Assembly (NCBI GenBank): GCA_016933025.1
Contig: JAFGBT010000034.1
Coordinates: 518-64,517 of the forward strand
Direction of reading: 5' to 3'
DNA from: Spirochaetota bacterium
GTDB lineage: Bacteria > Spirochaetota > UBA4802 > UBA5550
DNA length: 64,000 bases
In this document: piece after piece, positions 17,704 through 28,276 of the stretch
How positions within the stretch are numbered: position 1 is the first letter of the stretch
How the letters are laid out: the number at the start of each line of letters is the position of its first letter
Program-made: the position numbers and the translations under genes
The notes under the pieces: generated by a model
Database searches by the model: none
Told to the model about the DNA's origin: nothing
Seen by the model: only the letters and a program-made list of their open reading frames with translations

Positions 17704-20700
17704 TTAATTGGCGCCGCTTTTTTCTTTGAGCACCCTGCCCAGGACCTCGGCAAGGTCCTCGATTTTATATGGTTTGGCCACCATGTCGCGGAAGCCGTGG
17801 TCCCGGTAATTTGCCATGATCGGGTCGTTGGAATAGCCGCTCGATACTATGGCGACCACGTCCGGGTCGAAGTTTTTCAGAATGCCGATCGTTTCCTTGC
17901 CCCCCATGCCCCCGGCGATGGTCAGGTCCATTATCACCGCGTCAAAGCGGGATTTCGCGGCCGTGGCGCTCTGGTAGCGCCGGATGGCGTCCTCGCCGTT
18001 TTCGGCCGTCTCCACGGAGAACCCCAGGTGGCTCAGCATCCGGGAGCCGACATTGAGCACCATCTTCTCGTCGTCCATCAGGAGGATCTTTCCGCCGCTG
18101 AGCTTCCTCCTGGCCGGCCGCTTCTTTCGGTCGGCGACCGGTACCATCGTTGCCGGTATGTAGACGTGGAAGGTCGTTCCCTTGCCCGGCATCGAATCAA
18201 CGCTGATATGGCCGTCGTGCTTCTTGATGATGGAATAGGTCACCGCGAGGCCGAGGCCGGTCCCCTTTTCCTTGGTGGTGAAAAAGGGATCGAAAATGTT
18301 GCGGAGGTTCGACTCCTGTATGCCCGTGCCCTCGTCAACGACCGATATCTGGATGTAGGCGCCGGGCGAAAGGGGGAGTTCGTCGTTCATGGTCACCACG
18401 CGGTTGGATGCCCTGATTTGGATGATGCCCGGTTCCGGCATGGACTGGGCGGCGTTCAGGATCAGGTTGTGGATAACCTGGCTGATCTGCCCCTCGTCGA
18501 CATCGGCGTTCCAGAGAGTGCTGTCGATAAGGAATTCCTTCTTGACCGCGGAGCCGCTGAGGGCGAAATCCGCGGTGTCGTGGAGGAGGCTCCGGATGGA
18601 GGTGGTCTTCTTCACGGGCGCGCCCCCCTTGGAGAAGGTGAGGAGCTGCAATGTCAGGTCCTTGGCGCGGAGCGAGGCTTTCTCAATTTCGCTGATGAGC
18701 GCCTGATTGCGCTTTTCTTTCCCGAGCACAAGCTTGGCCATGGATACGTTGCCGAGGATCGACGTGAGGAGGTTGTTGAAATCGTGCGCGATGCCGCCGG
18801 CGAACACGCCCAGCGATTCAATCTTGGAAGTCCTGACCAGCTCCTCCTCGATGGCGACGCGGTCGGAAATGTCCCTGAATACGATGATGGCGCCGTCGAC
18901 CCTGCTCTCCGGGTCGCGGATGGGGGCGCCGATCGCCGAAAAGTGTCTTTTCTGCTTATACGGGAGGTCCATGACCGTGTTGATGCGCATTTCTATGATC
19001 ACCCCGGTCTCCAGGACTTTGTCGACCATGTCGCGGCAGGTCAGGCCGGTCCGTTCGCTGTAGATGGGAAGGATATCCTCCACCAGCTTGCCGACGGCCG
19101 TCCCTTTCAAATACCCGGTGATTTTCTCTCCGATCCCGTTGATGATGTCGACGCGGCGGTTGCGGTCGACCGTGATAACGCCCTCGCCGATGGAGCGGAG
19201 CGTGGCGGCGAGCCGCTCCTTTTCGAGGGCCAGTACCAGGTTGGTCTCGAGCAGCTCCCGGTGCGTCCGCGAGATTTCTATGTTCATCATCTCGAGGGAG
19301 CGGTACTGCGACTGGATCTGCGCGTACTGCTCCTTGATCATGGTGTCCGCCTTCCTCTGTTCCGTGATGTCGATGAGGGCCGTGATGGCGTGCTCCACGC
19401 CGTTGATGCTGAGCAGTTCGGCCGACATGGACGCGAGGCGGATGTCGCCCGATTTCGTTTTGAACGCGCATTCGAAATCCTTGACCTTGCGGTCTTTTTT
19501 CAAGATGGTGAGGAATTTGAGATACTCATTGGAATGGGCGAAGGTCCTGGCCTCGGCCACCGTTTTGCCGATGAACTCGTCCCTCGTCATGCCGGCCGCC
19601 TGCAGGAGGACTTCGTTCACCTCGACGTAGGTGCCGTCGTCCAGCCGGTTGATCGACAGTGCGATGGGACTCAGGTTGAAGGCCTTGGAAAGTTTTTCCT
19701 CCGATATCCGCAGGGCGTTCTCGGCGTCCCGCCGCTCCGTGATGTCGGTGATGATGGTGGCGACCCTCATGACGACGTCGTCCTCGATGATCGGTATCAG
19801 TTTCTCCTCGGCGTGATAGTCCTTGCCGTTGATGGTGACGCATTTTTCTGCGACGAATATTTTCCCCGTTTCAAAGACCTGGCGGTAGTCTTCAAGGTAG
19901 TCCGTGAAGGTGTCGGGCGGGAAGATTTCCATTATCGTCTTCCCGATAATGACGGATCCGATCTCAAAGTGATCCAGGATTTTCGCAAGGGCGTTGTTGA
20001 CCAGCACTACCCGGTAGTCCCGGTCGATCACGAAGAAGTAGTTTTCGAAGGAGTCGAGGGTGCGACGGTAGTTGGCCTCCGAGATGATGAGCGCGGTCTC
20101 GGCCTTTTTTCGCTCCGTAATGTCGTTGAGAATAACGAGCTTCCCCACGAGTATCCCCGACTGGACCAGGGAGGTCTGGGTCAGAAGGATGTCCCGCTGT
20201 TCTCCCTTCACCGTGAGGGTGATCGGGAGATCGTTGCAGTCGGTATCGAAAGAATATCGGGCCGGGAATATCTCCTCGGCCGTTATGTTCTTGCCGAGTC
20301 CCTTCTCGATGCCGAGCATGCCCAGCGCGTGGCTGTTGATCGCGATGAGGCAGTGGTTGTAGTCCAGGACCAGGACGCTCTCCTTGATCCGGGAAAAAAG
20401 GTTGTAGGTGATTGTTTCGATGCTGTCGGCCAGGAAGCGGTATTTCACTATGGCGATGAAAATGAACACCGAGATGATAACCGGCACCGACGAGGTGATC
20501 GGCTGGAGGTGGATGATGCCCATGAAATCGGGAAGGACCACGCTGGTGGCAAGGCCGATGGTGATCGTCAGGGTGAAGCCGATCAGCAGTAGCCGCATCT
20601 GGTTGCGTATGATGGGATTTTCGGAGGCCCTCAGGGATTTGTGGATAATATACAGGGAGCAGGACCCCGGCAGAAGAAGGCTTATCGCCCGTATTGGAAC

Positions 20701-21141
20701 AAACAGGGGGCCCGGCGCGGCGGTGTTGCCGTAGAAGAAACGGATTACGATGTCGCTGTAATACAGGTCGGTAGACGCGGCTATCGCTATCGTGCAAAGA
20801 ATCACGGCAAAGGTCCCGTAGTAGAAGGTGTTTTTCGGCTTTTTAGAGAGCCGGTAGAGGAAATTCATGAACAGGAAGCCGGTCATGAGAAATAGAAACG
20901 ACAGGGCCCGCAGAAGGGTCAGGATGGTCTCATCCGAATGGGGGGCCCAGATAAAGAACTCCGAGAGTTCCCAGAAGCCGGCAAAACCTGCGAACAGGAT
21001 ATAGGCGCGGCCGGTCGTGTTGTTCCTGCCAATGGCGAAAATATAGGATACCAGGATAATATTCAGGATGAATGAAAATAGTGGTATAAGTGAATAGTAA
21101 TTCATAACATTCCGGTATAGAAGAAAGGCCGTTATGAACAT
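17704..21141 (-). CDS. Hybrid sensor histidine kinase (7TM N-terminus, 4 PAS, HisKA, HATPase, REC)
   Basis: H-box AGGIAHDFNNLL, NLILNA, DEGTGI, FDPFFTTK, GTGLGL; receiver MDDE...IMDLT...KPY; repeated PAC ends DITER. Confidence 0.95.
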   Translation of the reverse strand: MFITAFLLYRNVMNYYSLIPLFSFILNIILVSYIFAIGRNNTTGRAYILFAGFAGFWELSEFFIWAPHSDETILTLLRALSFLFLMTGFLFMNFLYRLSKKPKNTFYYGTFAVILCTIAIAASTDLYYSDIVIRFFYGNTAAPGPLFVPIRAISLLLPGSCSLYIIHKSLRASENPIIRNQMRLLLIGFTLTITIGLATSVVLPDFMGIIHLQPITSSVPVIISVFIFIAIVKYRFLADSIETITYNLFSRIKESVLVLDYNHCLIAINSHALGMLGIEKGLGKNITAEEIFPARYSFDTDCNDLPITLTVKGEQRDILLTQTSLVQSGILVGKLVILNDITERKKAETALIISEANYRRTLDSFENYFFVIDRDYRVVLVNNALAKILDHFEIGSVIIGKTIMEIFPPDTFTDYLEDYRQVFETGKIFVAEKCVTINGKDYHAEEKLIPIIEDDVVMRVATIITDITERRDAENALRISEEKLSKAFNLSPIALSINRLDDGTYVEVNEVLLQAAGMTRDEFIGKTVAEARTFAHSNEYLKFLTILKKDRKVKDFECAFKTKSGDIRLASMSAELLSINGVEHAITALIDITEQRKADTMIKEQYAQIQSQYRSLEMMNIEISRTHRELLETNLVLALEKERLAATLRSIGEGVITVDRNRRVDIINGIGEKITGYLKGTAVGKLVEDILPIYSERTGLTCRDMVDKVLETGVIIEMRINTVMDLPYKQKRHFSAIGAPIRDPESRVDGAIIVFRDISDRVAIEEELVRTSKIESLGVFAGGIAHDFNNLLTSILGNVSMAKLVLGKEKRNQALISEIEKASLRAKDLTLQLLTFSKGGAPVKKTTSIRSLLHDTADFALSGSAVKKEFLIDSTLWNADVDEGQISQVIHNLILNAAQSMPEPGIIQIRASNRVVTMNDELPLSPGAYIQISVVDEGTGIQESNLRNIFDPFFTTKEKGTGLGLAVTYSIIKKHDGHISVDSMPGKGTTFHVYIPATMVPVADRKKRPARRKLSGGKILLMDDEKMVLNVGSRMLSHLGFSVETAENGEDAIRRYQSATAAKSRFDAVIMDLTIAGGMGGKETIGILKNFDPDVVAIVSSGYSNDPIMANYRDHGFRDMVAKPYKIEDLAEVLGRVLKEKSGAN

Positions 21142-21159
21142 CCCGACAGAACGGTGTTA

Positions 21160-21189
21160 ATTATAAGACAAAAAATTGGCAAATGTCAA
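21160..21189 (-). promoter_or_regulatory. Sigma70-type promoter of the histidine kinase
   Basis: Consensus TTGACA-N18-TATAAT on the minus strand. Confidence 0.65.
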
Positions 21190-21456
21190 TAGGAAAAAAC
21201 AGGCCGGGCGGATTAATTCCTTACTGTACCCATCTAAAGTTATGTCGCTCAAAAGACCGATTTAGTAAATAGGCAATACAAGAGTCGCCTGCAGGGTGAA
21301 AAGGAGAATAATAACTTGACACTCTGGACACTATATATAATTTGACAGGTTTTTGAGCTGATTATCGTATAAGGACATCTGTCAATAGTGCGGTTGTTTT
21401 CCATCCGACGCCAAAGGCGGCGGGTGGAAGTAAAAAATTATTTTCTATGGGATTTG

Positions 21457-22830
21457 ATGAAGAAGAAACTCTACCTGTTTACCGGGTGTGTGGCATTAAT
21501 ATGCGTTATCGCGTCCATAAGCCATACCAGGATTTCCGGGGCCGCAACCCTGCTTGGATTTGTCCCCGGCCATCATAAGGAGGGGGCCTTAACCGGGGCG
21601 GAAACCGATGCCCGCATGTGTGATTACGGCCGACGGGCGGCCGCCTGGCTGAACGGCAATGTCCCCGGCTCCCTGGTGCCGTCGGTCGCGGTCGGCGTCA
21701 TTCAGGGTGACCGCCTTGTTTTTCACCATGGCGTGCGGGCCAACAGCTCCACCCGTTTCGGCATAGCATCACTTTCCAAGACCTTCACCGCCGCGCTCGC
21801 CCTGAAGCTGCAGGAGCAGGGCGTGCTGTCGCTTGACGATCCGGTGACGGAGTATTTTCCCGAAGTGGTCATAGAGCGGAGGGATCTTCGCTCTTCTCCG
21901 GTAACCGTAAGGCATCTCCTGGCCCACACCTCGGGCATTCCCTCTTACGGGTGCGATTACCGGGCGTACGTGCTCAACGGCCGGACGCTTGCCCTGCCGC
22001 GGCAGGTCCACCCCGCGGGATTCTGCTATTCCTACTCGAACGAGGGCTACGAGCTTGTAATGCACATCATAGAGAAGGCGACCGGCAGGTCTTACGCGGA
22101 AAACATGCGCGAGCGGATATTGGATCCGCTGGGGATGACCTCCAGCACTGCCGAATTCTCGAACGGGACAGGCGGCATCGTCACCACGATCGAGGACCTG
22201 GCCCATTACGCCTCCATGCTCATCAACAGGGGGCGCTACCGGGGGACCGTGATACTCGGCGAACAATCATTCGAGGAGTTCCTGGCCCGGCCGGTCGAGC
22301 TCCCGGACGTCAGGGTCGATTACTATTACTCGCTCGGCTGGGAGGTCATCACCGTCGGCGGCTCCATTGACAGCTATTACAAGGCGGGGCGCTGGTTCAA
22401 CCAGGCCTCGGGTCTTCAAGTCTTCCCCCGCAGGGGCATCGCCTTCATCTATCTCTGCAATCCGCCGGAGCACCTCGGCGGTTCGTTCATGTCCTGGCGT
22501 CAGGGACTCACCGGTATGCTCAGGACGCTGGTCAGGAACATCTCCGGCGACGAGACCCTCTGCTCCGCCTGGCCGTCCCTGTCGCCGGTCGAGCTCAGGC
22601 GCTACGAAGGGATCTACCGAAATGTTATCACCGGCCAGAGGGTCTGCGTCTCCATGAGGGGCGGCACCCTCTTCAGCAACGGTTTCGGGGGGTTCCTGCC
22701 GCTCAGGACCTTTACCTCGAACCGCCTCCTCATCGACAGCGGAAGGATGCTCCATAATTTCGTGTGGAAGGACAACCGCGTCGTCGGACTCGCGCTCAGG
22801 CACGGCTACTACGAGGCGGTTAGCGAATAA
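21457..22830 (+). CDS. Beta-lactamase-family (class C/PBP-like) serine hydrolase, paralog 1
   Basis: FGIASLSK (SxxK), LLAHTSG, YSN. Confidence 0.88.
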   Translation: MKKKLYLFTGCVALICVIASISHTRISGAATLLGFVPGHHKEGALTGAETDARMCDYGRRAAAWLNGNVPGSLVPSVAVGVIQGDRLVFHHGVRANSSTRFGIASLSKTFTAALALKLQEQGVLSLDDPVTEYFPEVVIERRDLRSSPVTVRHLLAHTSGIPSYGCDYRAYVLNGRTLALPRQVHPAGFCYSYSNEGYELVMHIIEKATGRSYAENMRERILDPLGMTSSTAEFSNGTGGIVTTIEDLAHYASMLINRGRYRGTVILGEQSFEEFLARPVELPDVRVDYYYSLGWEVITVGGSIDSYYKAGRWFNQASGLQVFPRRGIAFIYLCNPPEHLGGSFMSWRQGLTGMLRTLVRNISGDETLCSAWPSLSPVELRRYEGIYRNVITGQRVCVSMRGGTLFSNGFGGFLPLRTFTSNRLLIDSGRMLHNFVWKDNRVVGLALRHGYYEAVSE

Positions 22831-22890
22831 TTACACGGCTACTTTCCTCTTTTTATTTGACATCTCGCGCTAATGCGGATGTATTTATGT

Positions 22891-24303
22891 ATGACGATCC
22901 CCCGCCGCAATATGTCGCATGCATGTGCCGTCCTCGTCCCGGTTATGGCGGCCGCGCTGCTCGCCGCCGGCTGCTCTATCGAGAACAAAAAGAGCCGGCC
23001 GGAGTCTTCACGGAATCCTGAAGCGGCGCGGATGGAAGCCCGGCGTAAGGCGCGCCGGAAGGCGATACAAGCGGAACAGAATGATCTTACGCGCTGGCTG
23101 CGGCTGAACACGCGCTATCCAGTCGTGCCGTCTGCCGCGGCGATTGTCATTGACGGCGATCGGGTCGCTTATCGCGAAACCGTGCGGTGCGAGCCGGACA
23201 CTCCCTTCAGGGCGGCATCCCTGACGAAGACCTTCACCGCGATAGCGATACTCCAGCTGGCGGACCGGGGTATCTTGTCCCTGAACGCTCCAGTCAGCAG
23301 ATACCTTCAGGTCAGCTTTGAAAACGCCGAGCTCCGTTCGAGGCCCATCACTATCTGGCATCTGCTTTCACATACGTCCGGTCTGGTGGAGGACCCGAAC
23401 CCGGATATAGAGCAGGACAATTATCCCTTCATAGTTCCGGAGCAGAAGTATCCTGCCGGATTCCGGTTCAACTACTGCAACCAGGGCTACAATCTCCTCG
23501 GGTTCATCGTTTTCGAGGCTTCGGGATTTACGCTCGGTGAATACGTCACGCACAATATTCTGGCGCCGATGGGGATGAATGATTCAAAGGCGCCTCCCGA
23601 CACGCGGGGCGCGTCTGGGATCGAGTGCTCGATCCGCGACATGGGGAAGTACATGGTGATGTTCCTTCGTCGGGGAGAATACGGGGGGAAGAGGATAATT
23701 TCCGAGAGGATGTTCCGGAAAATCGTGGAGGAGTCCGTTGAAGGGCCGCGATCGAGGAACAAGGAGTACCGGGGCCTCTGCTTCAGGATATGGTCGGTAG
23801 ACGGCCGGATATATTCGATGCACCATGCCGCGCACATGCCCGGCTCCGGAGGGTTCATGCAGATCTTCCCGCGCAACGACTGCGGGTACGCCTTCATCAG
23901 CAACCCGCCGGTATATGACCGGAACGAGTATTATGAATATTACTATGCCCTCAAGAGCGGGCTTATCCGGCTGTGCGGGCTGATGATGGGCGGCAGCTTC
24001 AACCCGCTGACGTTTAAGCCGGATCGGCCGACGGTGGAGCAGATGAAGCGCTTCGTGGGTCGCTATCGCCAGTACGTCAACCCGGCCGCCGGTCCCTACA
24101 TCGACATCAGTCTCCATCCCCGCGGCTACCTGGTCGCGACCAGGTCCGCTTCGGGGGAGAGCGTCCCCATTGTCCCGACCTCGCTTCACACATTCGTCTA
24201 TATTTATCCGGGCCAGCAAGAGAAGGGCGAGATTTACGATTTCGTCATGAGGAGGGGGAAGGTCGTCGGCCTGGCGGTCAGAGAAGGGTATTATATGCGA
24301 TAA
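22891..24303 (+). CDS. Beta-lactamase-family serine hydrolase, paralog 2 (probable lipoprotein)
   Basis: FRAASLTK, LLSHTSG, YCN; lipobox LAAGC. Start uncertain. Confidence 0.88.
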   Translation: MTIPRRNMSHACAVLVPVMAAALLAAGCSIENKKSRPESSRNPEAARMEARRKARRKAIQAEQNDLTRWLRLNTRYPVVPSAAAIVIDGDRVAYRETVRCEPDTPFRAASLTKTFTAIAILQLADRGILSLNAPVSRYLQVSFENAELRSRPITIWHLLSHTSGLVEDPNPDIEQDNYPFIVPEQKYPAGFRFNYCNQGYNLLGFIVFEASGFTLGEYVTHNILAPMGMNDSKAPPDTRGASGIECSIRDMGKYMVMFLRRGEYGGKRIISERMFRKIVEESVEGPRSRNKEYRGLCFRIWSVDGRIYSMHHAAHMPGSGGFMQIFPRNDCGYAFISNPPVYDRNEYYEYYYALKSGLIRLCGLMMGGSFNPLTFKPDRPTVEQMKRFVGRYRQYVNPAAGPYIDISLHPRGYLVATRSASGESVPIVPTSLHTFVYIYPGQQEKGEIYDFVMRRGKVVGLAVREGYYMR

Positions 24304-24315
24304 CAGGAGGCATTC

Positions 24316-25038
24316 ATGGAACAATCAGTATTATTTGAAAAGGGCGACGGCATCGCCGTCATCACGCTGAACAGACCGGAACGGCGCAACGCGATCAACC
24401 AGGATCTTCTGGGCAATCTCTTTGACTGTATCGACCGTGTGGCGGCCGATGTAGACATCAGGGCCGCGGTGATCACCGGGGCGGGCGCCTCCTTCTGTTC
24501 GGGCATTGACCTGAAAGCGATAGCAACCGACAACCTGATGTACCCCCGGGGCGACGGGAAAGGACTGCTGGAAGTCATGGGTGCCTGCGAGAAGCCCCTC
24601 ATCGGCGCCATTAACGGCCACGCGATCACCGGGGGGTTCGAGCTTGCGTTGAACTGTGATTTCCTCATCGCCTCGGAAGAGGCGGCATTCGCCGACACCC
24701 ACGTGAAGATGGGGATACACCCGGGTTGGGGCATGAGCCAGCTGTTACAGGAGGCGGTCGGCCGGCGCATGGCATTGCAGATGTCGCTCACCTGCCAGTT
24801 TCTCCCGGCGCGGGACGCCCTGCGGGCGGGCCTGGTCAACGAGGTGGTGGAGCCGGAGCGGCTTCTCCCGCGCGCCCGGGAGATCGCGGGTTTTATTGCC
24901 GCCCTGAACCCTGCCATGGTCCAGACCATGAAGAACCTGATCGAGTACCGGATGGGGGCGACGCTTCGGGAGTCCCTCGCTCACGAGAAGAGCGAATTCA
25001 TGGAGGTTGTCGGCAAACACTTCAAAACGCAGGGGTAG
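24316..25038 (+). CDS. Enoyl-CoA hydratase/isomerase family protein
   Basis: ITLNRPERRNAI, FCSGIDL, AINGHAITGGFELALNCD. Confidence 0.92.
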   Translation: MEQSVLFEKGDGIAVITLNRPERRNAINQDLLGNLFDCIDRVAADVDIRAAVITGAGASFCSGIDLKAIATDNLMYPRGDGKGLLEVMGACEKPLIGAINGHAITGGFELALNCDFLIASEEAAFADTHVKMGIHPGWGMSQLLQEAVGRRMALQMSLTCQFLPARDALRAGLVNEVVEPERLLPRAREIAGFIAALNPAMVQTMKNLIEYRMGATLRESLAHEKSEFMEVVGKHFKTQG

Positions 25039-25056
25039 CGGTACCGGGCCGTCGGA

Positions 25057-26379
25057 TCAGTATCCCTTCAGCTCCGCCTCGCGGATCTTCCGGTAGAGCT
25101 CCTCGTCGCTGGTGGCGAACACGATGGTATTGCTCTTCCACTTCTTGTAATCGCGGTGGTATTCGGTGGCGAGCCCGACCGCTTCGAGCTCGGGGAGATA
25201 CCTGATCTTCCCGTCAGGCTGCCGGAACTCCCGGTCGCCGGTGCGGACGCAGAAGAGGACTCCGTTGGCGATCACGCGCGGAAGGAGCTCGTCGATGCCT
25301 ATATTCATCTGATACATGTCGCGCAGGAACCGGAATAGCCGCTTGGAAAAGAACCTCACCGGCGCCGGCATCCCCGGCCGCGACAGATAGACGGTCCTGT
25401 TCGCCGGGTCCCACGAGCGCATGACGAAACCCCGGTAGGCGAGGAGCTCTCCGCTGTTTACGTACATCCTCCCCACGAGTATGATGAAGGTCATCATGAA
25501 ATAACTTTCGTAGTATTTCTCATAGAGCTCGAGGTGAAGCTTTTCCCGCTCCGCCTCCTCGGGCGTGGCCGGCTCGGGCCAGTCCCGGACATGGCCGTCG
25601 AGGAGCTCATTCATGGTGAGTCCCTGTGGGACGGGGGGCTCCCGGTAGCCCGCGCCGTTCGCCGGGATGCCCGTCACGTCACTCCGCCTGACGGAGACAG
25701 TGTACCAGTACTTGATTCCCTCGTCGACCGTCGTGTCGACAAAGGTGGTCGACCTGGTCTCGCCGATCTTGAGGTACGGGCCTTTTTCGAAGAAAGAACG
25801 GGATATGGTGAAGTTACTCCCGTCGGTTGTGCACCTCCAGGAGAGGGAGACTCTGTCCGGGTATGTGCCGTTCGAGATTTCGAGGCCGAACACGATGGGG
25901 AGGCTTCCCTTGAGAAACAGAGAGATTTTCCGGGAGAGCAGGGCCCCTGTTTTTTTTATGGCTCCATTGGGCACCGGTTCGGTGATCGTGATGAGGAACG
26001 ACCGTTCTTCGCATGAAAAGAGCTTCGCTTCGACGAAGAGCGATCGGCCACGCGCGTATATCCTTCCCATCAGGAGGAGCCCGCATTTCAGGCTTCCGCA
26101 GATCTCATCGTAGCGGGCGAGGTTCTGCGGCGATACACGGGCGCCCCGATCATAGGTATAGGGGATGGACCAACCGTCGCGTCTGCCCTCGGACGCCGAG
26201 AGCGAGGAGTGTATCGCAGCGGCGTTCGCGGCTGGCACCGCCTCCGCCCTGAAGCGGAGGACGCCGACGCTGTTCTGCATGGCTGGCACTTCCGAAGCTG
26301 GCGCCAGCATCGCCGCAGCGGCCGCCAGAGCGAGAACGGCCCGCTTAGAGAAACCTGTTGAAGAGCGACTTGACCTCAT
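25057..26379 (-). CDS. Exported hypothetical protein (TolB-N/CsgG-like region plus FN3-like domain)
   Basis: Signal peptide; GVLRF...LLLMGRIY...FVEAKLF; VSLSW...FTISRS...FVDTTVDEGIKYWYTV. Confidence 0.6.
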   Translation of the reverse strand: MRSSRSSTGFSKRAVLALAAAAAMLAPASEVPAMQNSVGVLRFRAEAVPAANAAAIHSSLSASEGRRDGWSIPYTYDRGARVSPQNLARYDEICGSLKCGLLLMGRIYARGRSLFVEAKLFSCEERSFLITITEPVPNGAIKKTGALLSRKISLFLKGSLPIVFGLEISNGTYPDRVSLSWRCTTDGSNFTISRSFFEKGPYLKIGETRSTTFVDTTVDEGIKYWYTVSVRRSDVTGIPANGAGYREPPVPQGLTMNELLDGHVRDWPEPATPEEAEREKLHLELYEKYYESYFMMTFIILVGRMYVNSGELLAYRGFVMRSWDPANRTVYLSRPGMPAPVRFFSKRLFRFLRDMYQMNIGIDELLPRVIANGVLFCVRTGDREFRQPDGKIRYLPELEAVGLATEYHRDYKKWKSNTIVFATSDEELYRKIREAELKGY

Positions 26380-28276
26380 CTTTCGGTTCCAGCCTTGATT
26401 TTTTCAGCCTGTAGATTTCAATCCTGAAATACCCGAATCGGACTGTTTTTACCAGGTTTTCCGGAACAAAATGTTCGCGGTACATGTCAGCGATCGCCTT
26501 TTCAAAAATAACGTTTCGGCATACGGCCAGGTATACCGGCATTCCGCCCCGGTATTCGGTCGCCGTCTTCCCGTCGGCTATTTTCCTGACCGGTATTTCA
26601 ATGTTGTACAGCAGTTTTTTCAGCAGATTGTGGTTGTATGGTATAAGCGATTGGAGAATGAGGCACTTGAGCCTGTTCTCCACGACCAGCCCGGCTGACC
26701 AGCTCCCCGCCAGTATTGCATCGGGGGGAAGCTCTCGCCCCAGTTCCACCGACGTTCGCTGGAGATTGTGTTCATGGAACAGGAACCATTTCCCGTACTG
26801 GAAGAGCTGGAGCGCCAGGATCAGCGACAGGAGCAGGGCGGGGAACTTCGGGCCCTGCGCCAGGGCGAGGAGGCGCTTCCGGTTGAGGACCGCGGCGGCG
26901 ATGCAGCAGAGCCAGAGGGCGAGGGCGATGCCGATGATGACGGCCGCGCCCGAGAAATCCCCCTTCAGGTACGCGGGGTACAGCCTGTCGACCAGCGCGT
27001 TTCTTGCCGAGGCCGGGACCGTCTGAACGAGGAACACGATGCCGGTATAGAGAAGCATGAACGCGATGAAGCCCCAGAACATGGCGTTGTGGGGGAATCC
27101 CTTCTTTTCAGTGATGTATGATGACGGACGGTATTCGGCGAACCCGGCGATGAAACGGGCCGCCAGCGCTATCAGCGGTATGATGAAGAGAAGGTAGTAC
27201 CGCGACGGGTTGTAGTACAGGAGGGTCAGCAGTACCGTGCCGAAGACAAGCCAGCTTGAGAGCACCAGGTCGGCCGCGTTACGCCTCTCCCCGAAGATGA
27301 AGCGGTGAAGTGTGCACAGGGCGAGGGCCATGCCGGCGAAGAACGTGAACGGGTGAAGAAACACGAACTCCATGTACATGCTCTTTGCCCCGACCATGTG
27401 GATCGGGTCGAATGCGGTAAAGGGGAGGAACGCTATGATCGGCTGTCCGAATATGCGGTGGGAGAGAAGGGAAAAGGCCAGGGCGTTCCTCAGGAACCAG
27501 AAATGCGCGAATATTCCGTAGAAGAGGGCGAACGCCGCGATTAAAGCGACGAGTATTCGGTTGAGAGATCGTTCCGACCAGCCGCGCCGTGCGAAAAAAT
27601 AGAGCACGAGCGCCGGCGTGACTGCGGGGAATATGACCAGAAGGTTTCTTTTAATGAAAAAACCGCCGGCCAGGCCGAAAATACCGACAGCAAGGAAGAG
27701 GACGCGCGCCGCGGCTCGCGCGGCCCCGCGCGCCTCCCGGCGCGGCCGGAGCGCTTCAGCGAACCCGAAGAGGGCTATCATGACAAAGCAGATAAGGTGC
27801 CCCTCGTACAGCCCGAGGCGGTTGTACATGGCCGTGAAGTAATTGGAGCCGAAGAGGACCAGGCCGATGAGGGCGGTCAGACGGTCATAGGTTCTCGCGA
27901 GGAACAGGAAGAGGAGGATCATCGTCACCGCCGCATAGGCCACTGACAGGACACGGATCGACGCGTAGCTGACCCCGAACCGGCTGAATATCCAGGTATA
28001 CGGAAGCACCGTCAGAGGGCTCGTGGAGAGCCATCCGCCGTACTGGTCTTCCGGCGTCCATTTCCAGTCGCCGAAAAGGACGCGGTTCCTCGCGTCGTAG
28101 GTTTTGAATCCCTCGTCGGTGTAGGCCGCCGCCGAGATGCTGAGGTCCTGGGGGGCGTCGGCGTTGATGTGCGCCAGCCGCATGCCTGTGAAAAGGATCA
28201 CCAGCAGCAATGCCGCGGGATAATAGTATCGGCCGTCAGTGAGTCGTTTCAGTAAACGGAGCACGGTGCGCCTCAC
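26345..28276 (-). CDS. GT-C fold membrane glycosyltransferase (ArnT/PMT, GT39/83-like)
   Basis: YTDEG in the first loop, FGVSYASIR, about 13 TM helices, PSRY. Confidence 0.8.
   Translation of the reverse strand: MRRTVLRLLKRLTDGRYYYPAALLLVILFTGMRLAHINADAPQDLSISAAAYTDEGFKTYDARNRVLFGDWKWTPEDQYGGWLSTSPLTVLPYTWIFSRFGVSYASIRVLSVAYAAVTMILLFLFLARTYDRLTALIGLVLFGSNYFTAMYNRLGLYEGHLICFVMIALFGFAEALRPRREARGAARAAARVLFLAVGIFGLAGGFFIKRNLLVIFPAVTPALVLYFFARRGWSERSLNRILVALIAAFALFYGIFAHFWFLRNALAFSLLSHRIFGQPIIAFLPFTAFDPIHMVGAKSMYMEFVFLHPFTFFAGMALALCTLHRFIFGERRNAADLVLSSWLVFGTVLLTLLYYNPSRYYLLFIIPLIALAARFIAGFAEYRPSSYITEKKGFPHNAMFWGFIAFMLLYTGIVFLVQTVPASARNALVDRLYPAYLKGDFSGAAVIIGIALALWLCCIAAAVLNRKRLLALAQGPKFPALLLSLILALQLFQYGKWFLFHEHNLQRTSVELGRELPPDAILAGSWSAGLVVENRLKCLILQSLIPYNHNLLKKLLYNIEIPVRKIADGKTATEYRGGMPVYLAVCRNVIFEKAIADMYREHFVPENLVKTVRFGYFRIEIYRLKKSRLEPKDEVKSLFNRFL

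Noticed and set aside
17797-20592. 931-aa plus-strand ORF
   Set aside because: Lies antisense to the clearly real hybrid kinase and has no recognisable motifs. It is a typical shadow ORF of GC-rich codon bias. The same applies to 28345-29559, 32063-32980, 34494-35444 and similar ORFs.
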